64,000 bases of DNA. Source: a virus. Made by a program: the position numbers and the translations under genes. This document shows, piece after piece, positions 35,900 through 44,858 of this stretch (its first letter is position 1; every line of letters starts with the position of its first letter). The DNA lies in IMG/VR virus record IMGVR_UViG_3300023296_001674. One strand, given 5' to 3'. The notes under the pieces were generated by a model. That model worked only from the letters and a program-made list of their open reading frames with translations, searched no databases and was not told the origin of the DNA.

Positions 35900-36537
35900 T
35901 GTTTTTTCTCCTTTTCGAATTGTTTGACTTCATCAAGAAATTTTCTAATATCTTTATTTCCACCACCGAATATACCAAGCTCTATCATTTCTTGTCGTTT
36001 TCTAAGGTAATCAAAATCACAATTACCATCATATAATCCAGAACCGGTTTGCATAGACCAAAACCGATACATCATGGCTCTTGATGTGTAATGTGGTCCA
36101 TGGTGGTATGATTGTTTTTCAACATCCCAACTACAATCATCTATTAGTTTAAATGCTAACTGCACGTATGCGATAGCAGGGTCTGATAGCCAATCTCTTA
36201 CATTGGTATCGAAGTAACCGGGATCACGGTTCCATTCACGGTCAGCCATTTCGGTAGCCCTACGTATTTCTTTTAGGTAGTCGGGTGGTATGGCATATTT
36301 AAGTTGTGTTATCATATCGAGGTATGGTTTAGGGAGCGCTGTTTTACCATTTTGCAATTTGTCATTATTCGACCAAGCTAAGTGATATATGACTACATCA
36401 TCGGTTTTTTGGGCACCATCGATCAAAGTAGGAAAGACGAGATTAATATCTTTGGTATTAAACAGCATCTTTGATATCGATATCATTTTCAAAATATTTA
36501 ACTGAGGACATAACGACAACTTGATTATATGATTCAC
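35896..36537 (-). CDS. hypothetical protein (213 aa; start uncertain, GTG in track)
   Basis: ORF track; overlaps 36458..36643 so true start may be ATG at 36486 or 36468. Confidence 0.45.
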   Translation of the reverse strand: MNHIIKLSLCPQLNILKMISISKMLFNTKDINLVFPTLIDGAQKTDDVVIYHLAWSNNDKLQNGKTALPKPYLDMITQLKYAIPPDYLKEIRRATEMADREWNRDPGYFDTNVRDWLSDPAIAYVQLAFKLIDDCSWDVEKQSYHHGPHYTSRAMMYRFWSMQTGSGLYDGNCDFDYLRKRQEMIELGIFGGGNKDIRKFLDEVKQFEKEKKQ

Positions 36538-36643
36538 GTTTCATTATTAATTCGTCGCGATTATGGCTGATATAAGTGCCACTTAGGTATGATCTGCTAT
36601 TTGTTTCTCTAAAGTACACTTTTATTTTATCACCGTTTTTCAT
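36458..36643 (-). CDS. small beta-rich protein (possible Sm/SH3-like), paralog of 36643..36870
   Basis: GDKIKVYF..SYLSGTYISHNRDELIMKRE vs GTRIKVFI..TTIGEFYSYSEDSLIIHRD. Confidence 0.45.
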   Translation of the reverse strand: MKNGDKIKVYFRETNSRSYLSGTYISHNRDELIMKRESYNQVVVMSSVKYFENDIDIKDAV

Positions 36644-36870
36644 TATATTTCCTCTATGAGTAATATTTTATCTAGTGGGATGAATGCTCGAAGGGGTTGA
36701 TCATTTACACCAACGATATTGTTTATATCACGATGTATGATAAGACTATCTTCAGAATATGAATAAAATTCACCTATTGTAGTTGATTTATCGGTACTGT
36801 AACGGACATCGATAAACACTTTTATTCTAGTGCCTACCATTAATTGTCTTAATGTATGAGTGTCGATCAT
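36643..36870 (-). CDS. small beta-rich protein (first gene of minus-strand operon)
   Basis: ORF track. Confidence 0.45.
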   Translation of the reverse strand: MIDTHTLRQLMVGTRIKVFIDVRYSTDKSTTIGEFYSYSEDSLIIHRDINNIVGVNDQPLRAFIPLDKILLIEEI

Positions 36871-37327
36871 TTATATCTCCTATGTTTTTTATAGTATATA
36901 GGATAATTGATCATTGTCAAGGGAATAGTGGATTACGGTTTTGGGCGGACTGATTTTACATTGTGGGGAAATTATGGTTCACTTATCGGGTTTATAAGTG
37001 AAAAGGTTTCCACAGTAGAAGCATGCGGTTACGTTTCTTTTATGAAGGGGGATTGTATAGTATACGATGGGGTGATTATGCGGGGGATTTGGTCCTGCGC
37101 ACTTAACATTTGGTGTATTTGTGTAGATTATTTTGGGATTATGTGTCATAAGTGTATTTATTATGGGGTATTATGGGGTATAAGCGCTCAAAAAATTTGC
37201 TTAAAGCCTACGGCTTTTTATGATTTCGTTGTTTAATTGTTGAAGGGCGGCGGCGTAAAACACCGATTGTTACTGTTGATCTATTGTGTCATTACTAAAT
37301 AACATCGTATTTAACAGGAGAAGTAGT

Positions 37328-37543
37328 ATGAATAACAAATTAGGATTGATGGTATTTTATATACATGTTGGAACGTTACCAATGCATAGATCGATGTCAT
37401 ATATAGAGTCGATAAAAAAACAAATAATGGATGGTAAGAAAGAAACGCAGTTAACAAGGAATTATGATACCATGTTTATTCCGTCGTCTGATCCAGATAA
37501 TCGAGATACTGTAATAGAGATGTTTCCATACGAGAATGTATAA
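37328..37543 (+). CDS. hypothetical protein
   Basis: Track ORF 37286..37543 trimmed to ATG after aggagaag. Confidence 0.5.
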   Translation: MNNKLGLMVFYIHVGTLPMHRSMSYIESIKKQIMDGKKETQLTRNYDTMFIPSSDPDNRDTVIEMFPYENV

Positions 37544-37595
37544 ATATATATATAATAATAAATAACATTAGACTTTACTTATCGGAGATATAACA

Positions 37596-38357
37596 ATGTC
37601 ACAGAATGCAACAAACATGCGAAAATTAATGGAAAGCGTTAATCCAGTGCAACATATGGAAATGAGCGATATTCCTGTTGATAACATGGGCGCAATTGAT
37701 AACAATGGCGACATGGACGCACAAGTAGGCGGCGACATGGCTCCTGATATGGGAATGGACGCTGCTCCTGAAGCACCAGCACCAGATATGGGCATGGAAA
37801 TGCCTGATATGGGAATGGATATGGCAGCACCTGAAGGCGCAAGCAGTGACATCATTGATGCACTTGACGGCGAATTCAAGCGTTTGACAACTGAATTCTT
37901 GCAAACCGGTGGTGAACTGGATGAAGCGGGACTTGGTGATGTTCGTGAAAAACTAGGTAAGCATATGACAAGTATTCTTGATGTATTGCATTCTGGTTGG
38001 ATGGATAACATGATGGATCAAGGCGCTAACGAAGAAGCACCATCTTTTGGTGGTGATTCTGACGGCGACGCACCTGATTTCAGTGGTGGCGATAGTGATG
38101 ATTCCGATGATTCTTCTTCAGATGACGACTCTGGTGATTCCGATGATAAAGCACCTAACTTTGGTGGTGATGATTCTGATGATTCCGGCGACGATGAAGA
38201 AAAAGATTCTGATGACTCTGATGATGATAAATCTGATGACGACGATGGTGACAAAGAAGATAAAGAAGTTGACGAAAGCGAAAATCCTCTTAAGAATGCA
38301 CACATCAATGAATCAACAAAAATGCGCAATTTACAAAATATCATACTAAACGGTTAA
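37596..38357 (+). CDS. hyper-acidic low-complexity protein (DMGM and D/S-rich GGDSDD repeats)
   Basis: ORF track; PDMGMDAAPEAPAPDMGMEMPDMGMD..; GGDSDGDAPDFSGGDSDDSDDSSSDDDSGDSDD.. Confidence 0.6.
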   Translation: MSQNATNMRKLMESVNPVQHMEMSDIPVDNMGAIDNNGDMDAQVGGDMAPDMGMDAAPEAPAPDMGMEMPDMGMDMAAPEGASSDIIDALDGEFKRLTTEFLQTGGELDEAGLGDVREKLGKHMTSILDVLHSGWMDNMMDQGANEEAPSFGGDSDGDAPDFSGGDSDDSDDSSSDDDSGDSDDKAPNFGGDDSDDSGDDEEKDSDDSDDDKSDDDDGDKEDKEVDESENPLKNAHINESTKMRNLQNIILNG

Positions 38358-38431
38358 TACACTATGATTAAAGAATTATAGAAACCCTACCATTAATTTG
38401 GTGGGGTTTTTTTTAATTACTAAATAAATCC

Positions 38432-38740
38432 ATGCTTTCAAAGAATGATATCAAACATCACATAGCGTTAAATGAAATGGGAATGTATTCTACATTAGAA
38501 CATGTAGCTCCTGGAGCACTTAGTTTTATTGATTCTGTGATAATGATGATGAACTCACAGGGTTGGTATGACTTAGCGTGGTGTCTATCAGAAGATGTTA
38601 AGCGTGGGGTTTATCCACCGCGCAAAGATTCGATACATCGCACCCTAACTTATAAGTATCTCAAAATCAATAAACCTTTATCTAATATGGATAAAATGAT
38701 ATTGACTTTAAAGAATCTATATAATACAATATCACGATAA
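38432..38740 (+). CDS. hypothetical protein
   Basis: ORF track. Confidence 0.5.
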   Translation: MLSKNDIKHHIALNEMGMYSTLEHVAPGALSFIDSVIMMMNSQGWYDLAWCLSEDVKRGVYPPRKDSIHRTLTYKYLKINKPLSNMDKMILTLKNLYNTISR

Positions 38741-38753
38741 TAAAGGAGTTAAT

Positions 38754-39134
38754 ATGTTTGAAGAAGATAAACCAACTGCATGTATAATTGGTAGATTTAG
38801 TCCATGGAATGATGGTCATACTAAACTTATCCAAACCACAATAAAATATTGTGATCCTACATATAAGAATAAAAAATCAGAAGCAGAACAATTGCTTGTT
38901 TTGGTTCGTGATACTGGACAGGATATAAGTGGCATAGAAAACAAAATATCCAGTTTAATTGATAATGATTTTAAAGTAGTTAAGATACCCAATATAACAG
39001 ATATGTTTTTTGGTAAACAATTAACTGTTGATATGCATAGAATAGACATTGGTGATGAAGAACCGGTGAATTTACAGAAAACGTCTGCTGAAGAGGGTGC
39101 CTTTCAAAAGGATTTTTTTAAAAACAGAGGTTAA
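38754..39134 (+). CDS. hypothetical protein
   Basis: ORF track; RBS aaggag. Confidence 0.55.
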   Translation: MFEEDKPTACIIGRFSPWNDGHTKLIQTTIKYCDPTYKNKKSEAEQLLVLVRDTGQDISGIENKISSLIDNDFKVVKIPNITDMFFGKQLTVDMHRIDIGDEEPVNLQKTSAEEGAFQKDFFKNRG

Positions 39135-39152
39135 CAACAAAAGAGATATATT

Positions 39153-39536
39153 ATGAAAAAATTATTATTAGCGGCAACACTTATGGTATTGCCATTTACT
39201 GCGATGGCAGAAGAACAAACAGTTGGAATGTCTGCTACATTTATGTGTAGAGTGGCATCAACAGTAGACGCGCATTTAACTAGATTGGGTTATACCAAAG
39301 GTGTTGAACTTGATGGATTAAATATGGGAACCATTATTATATGGTACGGAACAGAAAACGGCATCAAATCTTGGATGCTTACTGCGAATACACCCAATGG
39401 TTTAACTTGCAAATTAGATAATGGTTATGTTGATCTCAAAAACCCAACCGAAACTACTCCTGAATCGTCAAAACCAAAACTGGATGAAGAATCATTAAAG
39501 AAAATGATGGACAACGCGAAAAAAGACTCACTTTAA
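39153..39536 (+). CDS. secreted protein
   Basis: Signal peptide MKKLLLAATLMVLPFTAMA. Confidence 0.55.
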   Translation: MKKLLLAATLMVLPFTAMAEEQTVGMSATFMCRVASTVDAHLTRLGYTKGVELDGLNMGTIIIWYGTENGIKSWMLTANTPNGLTCKLDNGYVDLKNPTETTPESSKPKLDEESLKKMMDNAKKDSL

Positions 39537-40207
39537 CATTTGATTATATAAATATAATTTGGAAAATTGACCGACTTCAATCTCCTTCTTACAGTTTCTT
39601 CGCCGAGTTTTAATATTTTTGCCGACTCGATGACTGATGAATATATAACGTCGTCTATTTTAACAGATTTTTTGCGATGATTATTTTCTGGATGTTTTCC
39701 ATATAACGGATGTTTATCACCGATTTTTCCATACATGCCATTTTTTTCACCAGAATTTTTTTCACTTATTTTTTGTTTAGTTTCATCTGTTCTTGGCACA
39801 CCGAATAATGGATTATTTTTTCCAGTTCTGCCCCACATTGGATTATTTTTTCCTTTCATTTTCTCTGCAAATTTAGGTCTTTTAACACCTGTTCTGTTGG
39901 GTGGTCTTCTATCAACGCAAATATTAGTAAGTATGCCATTTTTGTCATAACCATTTCGACCAAGTTTTTTAATCCACGTTTTTTCTAAATCATATGCATC
40001 CTTTTCTGGCATATTTTTTTCTATGAATTTAACACCAGGTTCTAATCCTTCTTTTCGTATCGCATTTATTTTATTCCATTTTTGTATATTTTCTGTTGTG
40101 TGTATAGTTTCCGTCAGATGTCTCTTCCATCGGTCTTTTGATCCTTTTCCTATATAAAATTCTATATTATCATGTCTTGGGTCTAGCAATGCGTATACGT
40201 AATACAT
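39533..40207 (-). CDS. GIY-YIG homing endonuclease with NUMOD3-type repeats
   Basis: MYYVYALLDPR..FYIGKGSKDRWKRH; repeated GKNNPMWG/KNNPLFG/KHPLYG motifs. Confidence 0.75.
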   Translation of the reverse strand: MYYVYALLDPRHDNIEFYIGKGSKDRWKRHLTETIHTTENIQKWNKINAIRKEGLEPGVKFIEKNMPEKDAYDLEKTWIKKLGRNGYDKNGILTNICVDRRPPNRTGVKRPKFAEKMKGKNNPMWGRTGKNNPLFGVPRTDETKQKISEKNSGEKNGMYGKIGDKHPLYGKHPENNHRKKSVKIDDVIYSSVIESAKILKLGEETVRRRLKSVNFPNYIYIIKC

Positions 40208-40288
40208 GTATATCCTTATTCGTTATATGTTTTATCCCATCATATATTTATAATAAATATTAATAATGTATAAAATAAGGAATATATC

Positions 40289-40642
40289 ATGACTGAAAAA
40301 ATTATAAACGAGCATCCATTTAAAAAATATTGGCGTCCAGCAGCGGCTACGGTATATTTAATAATATGCATATTCGATTTTATAATAATGCCATCAATAA
40401 TAGAAATTTCTAACACTAAAATAACAAATCAGCAAGCAATAACGCTGGCGTTAAAATTTAATGATTCAGCATCACAAATGCAATCATTGAGTGTGTTTAT
40501 GGAAAAGCGAACATGGAACCCATTAACCCTTCTGGGTAGTGGGTTTTTTCACCTTAGTTTTGGTGCGTTGTTAACAGGTTCGGCTATCACACGTGGCTTA
40601 GAGAAGAAGCAGCACGCTAGCAATGGCAAAGTTATGAAATAA
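40289..40642 (+). CDS. membrane protein
   Basis: ORF track; TM segments. Confidence 0.5.
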   Translation: MTEKIINEHPFKKYWRPAAATVYLIICIFDFIIMPSIIEISNTKITNQQAITLALKFNDSASQMQSLSVFMEKRTWNPLTLLGSGFFHLSFGALLTGSAITRGLEKKQHASNGKVMK

Positions 40643-41120
40643 TAAGTTCTACGCTTACAAAACCTTCTGATTTTGTAGGTCGTTCGTATGTTTCTATCAT
40701 TTGGTTAACTATCTTGTCGCTAACACTTTTACCAGTTTCGTTCTGGCGCTTTTCAAGGCGGCGGAACAATTCGTCATAATCCAATTCGAATGCAACTGCC
40801 TTATGAACATACTTAGGGGTTTGCAACATCTTCTTACGACGAATTTTAATCGAAAGGTTAGTTTGATCCCAAATGATGTGTTTTTTTTTGTTGACAGCCT
40901 CGCGCAGAGCGATGTTGAACTTAGTCTTAGTTTTGAACGGCAACTTGTAGAATGCTTCAGAGTAGGTGATACCTTGCTCCGCAGCATACTTTTCAATGAA
41001 GACGTCGGTGCTAATAACGGTCCAATCGTTTGAATCGTTTTCCATGAACTGCTTAATCCAAGTTGATTTACCGGAACCTGGTGGTCCGATTAACATCATA
41101 ATTGTTGGTTTGTGTAACAT
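40632..41120 (-). CDS. P-loop polynucleotide-kinase-like protein (T4 Pnk kinase-domain-like; no phosphatase domain)
   Basis: IMMLIGPPGSGKSTWIKQF; VISTDVF; IIWDQTNLS; LEKRQNETG pattern parallels T4 Pnk N-domain. Confidence 0.55.
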   Translation of the reverse strand: MLHKPTIMMLIGPPGSGKSTWIKQFMENDSNDWTVISTDVFIEKYAAEQGITYSEAFYKLPFKTKTKFNIALREAVNKKKHIIWDQTNLSIKIRRKKMLQTPKYVHKAVAFELDYDELFRRLEKRQNETGKSVSDKIVNQMIETYERPTKSEGFVSVELIIS

Positions 41121-41131
41121 AATATTATTCC

Positions 41132-41536
41132 TTAGTGTTTATTTCTTTTCTTTCCAAGATTAATAACGTCAATACCTTCGTTATGTAAATCATATTGTTC
41201 GTGTGCTGTTGCGGTTCCATGTATGCCGCGCTCTTCTTTGTCGCCATAATGGATAGCACGCACTTCGTCAGCAAATCTTTCTCCTACATCTTCGCAGTTT
41301 TTTTCAACCCACTCTAATGCTTGTTGTTCATTATCTGATGACTTAGCATAATCTGATTTAGGGCGCGAACCTTTTTTCGAAATATTAGGAGCCATCAATG
41401 CTTTGCTGGTGTGTGTATCACCGCATACAGGGCATTCAATCGCCTTGGTTCCAAGCAGTTCATCGCATTTTGCGGAACTTACGAACCAAGACTCGAACAC
41501 GTGTTCATTTTTGCACTTAATATTATATTTTATCAT
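41132..41536 (-). CDS. zinc-ribbon protein (DUF1178-like)
   Basis: MIKYNIKCKNEHVFESWFVSS..CDELLGTKAIECPVCGDTHTSKALMAP. Confidence 0.45.
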   Translation of the reverse strand: MIKYNIKCKNEHVFESWFVSSAKCDELLGTKAIECPVCGDTHTSKALMAPNISKKGSRPKSDYAKSSDNEQQALEWVEKNCEDVGERFADEVRAIHYGDKEERGIHGTATAHEQYDLHNEGIDVINLGKKRNKH

Positions 41537-41556
41537 GTTGTTATTATATATGGTTT

Positions 41557-41844
41557 GTGCAATATGTCAAGATGTTTATTATTGACTTATGGACGGTGTT
41601 TTTATATAATGATATTATGAGATATTTACATGTAGAAGCACATAGTGGTCGTCCATATTGGATTGTGATTGAAGAAAAAAACAAAGATAATCATTGGGGT
41701 CAAATGTTGAATATAGGAATGAGTGTTTGGTTGTGTGAAAATATATCAACATCGGGCGATGATTGGTGTTTTTTAGACACTAACAATGCAGTTAGTTTTT
41801 TAAATCTTGATGATGCGATGGCATTCATTTTGCGATGGGCATAA
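41557..41844 (+). CDS. hypothetical protein with C-terminal ..DDAMAFILRWA motif
   Basis: ORF track; TTGACT-N17-TATAAT ~41505-41533. Confidence 0.5.
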   Translation: MQYVKMFIIDLWTVFLYNDIMRYLHVEAHSGRPYWIVIEEKNKDNHWGQMLNIGMSVWLCENISTSGDDWCFLDTNNAVSFLNLDDAMAFILRWA

Positions 41845-42098
41845 ATATAGATATGATAACTGTTAAATTATGCGATCACGGAATAAATGTTACCATGCAT
41901 CAAGATGCCGAATTTATTGAAACTGAAAAGGGTATATGGTTAGAGGATAATAACATCGATTATCGCATTTGTTCTATTGTTAATATCTTGGCTATGAATA
42001 TAGACGGTAAGACAATTGATGCGATATCTATTGAAAATATGTCATTTTTTAGCGAAGAAGACTTTATGGCATTTAAATTGCGATGGAGCAATCAATAA
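41835..42098 (+). CDS. hypothetical protein with C-terminal ..EEDFMAFKLRWSNQ motif (paralog)
   Basis: ORF track. Confidence 0.5.
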   Translation: MGINIDMITVKLCDHGINVTMHQDAEFIETEKGIWLEDNNIDYRICSIVNILAMNIDGKTIDAISIENMSFFSEEDFMAFKLRWSNQ

Positions 42099-42580
42099 GA
42101 AGCAAGTTTGGGTGCAAGGAAATCCATATGTGACATAGGGGTATTAATGACAACTGAAAAAGGTAACATCGAAAAATCACCAGCCCAATCTGTACCATTA
42201 TATAACACTTGGTTTAAGAATCTATCATATTTCAATCTAATACTTGAGACTGTTATTACGCATTGTATGCCATCGTCGTTGATATAATATCGCAATCGAT
42301 TGTTATGCAAATCGACAAATCCACCATAATGCATAGTGCCATCTATTAAAATGGTCGCATTACGATAATCATAGCAGTCAGTTCCACCACGTCTTGCTTT
42401 ATACACTTTTTCTTGTTTCCAATTCAATGAATAAGTATTATCTTGATATGTATGTATGCCATCTATTTTTAAGGCGTTACCGTGGAGAACTTTTTGTTTA
42501 AATGAGTTTTCTGTTTGAACGGTTAATGCTTCACCATGAAGTAAATAGCATCCAGTTTCTGATTGTTTTATTGTATTCAT
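42092..42580 (-). CDS. hypothetical protein
   Basis: ORF track. Confidence 0.45.
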   Translation of the reverse strand: MNTIKQSETGCYLLHGEALTVQTENSFKQKVLHGNALKIDGIHTYQDNTYSLNWKQEKVYKARRGGTDCYDYRNATILIDGTMHYGGFVDLHNNRLRYYINDDGIQCVITVSSIRLKYDRFLNQVLYNGTDWAGDFSMLPFSVVINTPMSHMDFLAPKLASY

Positions 42581-42655
42581 AAGTATTCCTATACTAAATA
42601 TTAAAACAGGATATAATAAATCACAGTAAAAGTCAATAAAACAGGAAAGTATATT

Positions 42656-43045
42656 ATGAGTTTTAATAAAATCATCGACGATATTAAGATTAAGTATTTA
42701 ACGATGGACCCAAGCGTTGATCCAAAGAATAAAGAATCGCGCCGGAACTGGATATTATTCATGGCGAACAAGACACAACGGTTTCCTGTACGTCAGGTAT
42801 ATGATAGATTGATACCGTCTGTAACAAAGATGACAGTCAATACAGATATGAAATACCTTGAAGATCAAGGACTTATCAGGCGCGAGAAAGAAAGTGATGG
42901 AACATCGCATATCGTTCCATTGTTTGATGATTCAGGTGAAGCACCTGAACCAAAGCACGTCATATATAAAAGATGGGCGAAAAATGTAATATTACCACTT
43001 ATTGCCTTGACATTACTTGTCGTATTTGTTATTATCAGTGGTTGA
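42656..43045 (+). CDS. winged-helix-like protein with C-terminal transmembrane anchor
   Basis: VRQVYDRL..VTKMTVNTDMKYLEDQGLIRRE; C-terminal ILPLIALTLLVVFVIISG. Confidence 0.4.
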   Translation: MSFNKIIDDIKIKYLTMDPSVDPKNKESRRNWILFMANKTQRFPVRQVYDRLIPSVTKMTVNTDMKYLEDQGLIRREKESDGTSHIVPLFDDSGEAPEPKHVIYKRWAKNVILPLIALTLLVVFVIISG

Positions 43046-43065
43046 TATTAACGAGGAAAAAGAAT

Positions 43066-43803
43066 ATGTTATACAGTATAGGCGACGTTCATGGAAGATA
43101 TGATTTACTTAGATATCTTCATGAAAAAATAATGGAACATTCTAAACAATTTGATGAAGTGCATACAATAGTTATGTTGGGCGATTATATTGATCGTGGT
43201 CCAGATAGTAAACAAGTCATTGATTTTTTGATAACTGAACCATTTACAGATTTTAAGCATGTATATTTAAAAGGCAATCATGAAGATATGATGATAAAGT
43301 CATTATATAGTGATGAAGAAACCGTTATATATGATGTATACAAACAAGATATGTATAATGCTAGGAATATATTCTTAGGCAATGGTGGAACAACGACGTT
43401 AGAATCATTCGGGGTTGAATATATCAGACTAATGAATGATAAAGAATCCTTGGATCATGTATTTTTGCCATATTTGCCATTTTTCATGGGTTTAGAATAT
43501 TATTATGATGTTAATGGATATTATTTTGTTCATGCTGGCATTGTTCCTGGTGTTCCATTGGATCAGCAAGACCCTAACGCTGTGCTTTGGATACGTGATA
43601 GGTTTTTAAATAATACTGATGATCATGGCAGATTGATAATACACGGACACACGCCCACGACAACGCGTGGTATGGGTGCTCATCCAGAAGTTAAACCCAA
43701 CCGTATTAATATAGATACGTGTGCATATCGTACTGGAATTTTAACAGCGGTATGTCTCGACGAAGCGCATCTCCGAGTGCCAGAGTTTATTAGCACAGAA
43801 TAA
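43066..43803 (+). CDS. Ser/Thr protein phosphatase (lambda-PPase/calcineurin-like)
   Basis: GDVHGRYD, GDYIDRGPDS, GNHEDM, HGHTPT. Confidence 0.75.
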   Translation: MLYSIGDVHGRYDLLRYLHEKIMEHSKQFDEVHTIVMLGDYIDRGPDSKQVIDFLITEPFTDFKHVYLKGNHEDMMIKSLYSDEETVIYDVYKQDMYNARNIFLGNGGTTTLESFGVEYIRLMNDKESLDHVFLPYLPFFMGLEYYYDVNGYYFVHAGIVPGVPLDQQDPNAVLWIRDRFLNNTDDHGRLIIHGHTPTTTRGMGAHPEVKPNRINIDTCAYRTGILTAVCLDEAHLRVPEFISTE

Positions 43804-43886
43804 ATTGTTTTTTATTTGACATATGTGATATATATATGTTACTATCATGTTATAAAATAACAATAATCTTTAATATGGAGTAACAA

Positions 43887-44288
43887 ATGAATAAAAATCT
43901 GCTTACAACTTTGATAAATATTAATATAGTAAAGCCCGGAACCGAAATAGCAATGTTGCGTATCGGAAACTCGATGGTTGGATCAGGAGCAACCTCTTTG
44001 AAAATGAGGGTGTTTAGCACAGAAGATAAGGACGGTAATCAACAACAAATAGAAGTGAATGCAAATCATCTCGTAGAAATATATAAGTGTGAAATAATCG
44101 ATGAAGAAATATCTATATATGCACATAGCGTTGTAGATGGCGAAAAATTCATATTAAATGACGAAGATATTGTATTGATTGACAGCATGTTACCAGAAAA
44201 ATTAGCTGCGGTTTACGGATACACACCAGACGGAATCAAAAAGATACAAGGCAAAAAGCGGGGGCGTAAACCAAAAATAAGAGAGTAA
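43887..44288 (+). CDS. hypothetical protein with basic AT-hook-like C-terminus (KKRGRKPKIRE)
   Basis: ORF track; promoter TTGACA ~43815. Confidence 0.5.
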   Translation: MNKNLLTTLININIVKPGTEIAMLRIGNSMVGSGATSLKMRVFSTEDKDGNQQQIEVNANHLVEIYKCEIIDEEISIYAHSVVDGEKFILNDEDIVLIDSMLPEKLAAVYGYTPDGIKKIQGKKRGRKPKIRE

Positions 44289-44296
44289 CATAACAT

Positions 44297-44590
44297 ATGG
44301 GCAAATTAATAAGTTTTCATGATAATCCAGTAACAAGTTTAAAAAAAGAATTGATCGAAACAGAAGAAAAATTAAAAATTGCCCAACATGAGTTATCGTT
44401 TTTTAAAAGTATATATTCTACAACGCATTCAATTGGTGATTTAATAAAATTGCAGTTGGCGGATTTATCACAAAATGTAATGACGCATCAAGGACATCTT
44501 AAAATGGTTCAAGAAAATATAAATGCAATCAGAGTTAAGTTGGAAAACCTTGAAGAAATGAAGAATAGAGTAAAAATGATTGATGAATAA
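44297..44590 (+). CDS. coiled-coil protein
   Basis: ORF track; terminator ~44596-44628. Confidence 0.5.
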   Translation: MGKLISFHDNPVTSLKKELIETEEKLKIAQHELSFFKSIYSTTHSIGDLIKLQLADLSQNVMTHQGHLKMVQENINAIRVKLENLEEMKNRVKMIDE

Positions 44591-44669
44591 CAAAAAATCC
44601 ACCCTGCGAGGGTGGATTTTTTGTCTCTAATAATAAATAATAGTAGGTTTTTATTTAGAGGAATAAAAA

Positions 44670-44858
44670 ATGGCAAAATTAGCAACACAAACATTTACCA
44701 TAACATTATCTAGAGCCGTTCCATCCGATGCGTCGGGTGGTATCACTGCTTTAAATGAAGAAGCAATAGATCAATTAAAAGAAGCAATAGTTGCTTTAGC
44801 AAATGATGATAGCATAGTGGTTGATTTTGTAGAAGCATTATATGTAGGAGATGAATAA
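44670..44858 (+). CDS. hypothetical protein
   Basis: ORF track. Confidence 0.45.
   Translation: MAKLATQTFTITLSRAVPSDASGGITALNEEAIDQLKEAIVALANDDSIVVDFVEALYVGDE

Noticed and set aside
35896-36537. Endolysin/lysozyme assignment for the 213-aa island protein
   Set aside because: No GH19/GH24/GH25/SLT catalytic signature recognisable; left as hypothetical.
36907-37236. 109-aa plus ORF (TTG start) in the GT-rich stretch
   Set aside because: Non-ATG start, no RBS, Cys/Trp/Gly-rich composition typical of translating G/T-skewed non-coding DNA; kept only as a low-probability alternative in the finding.
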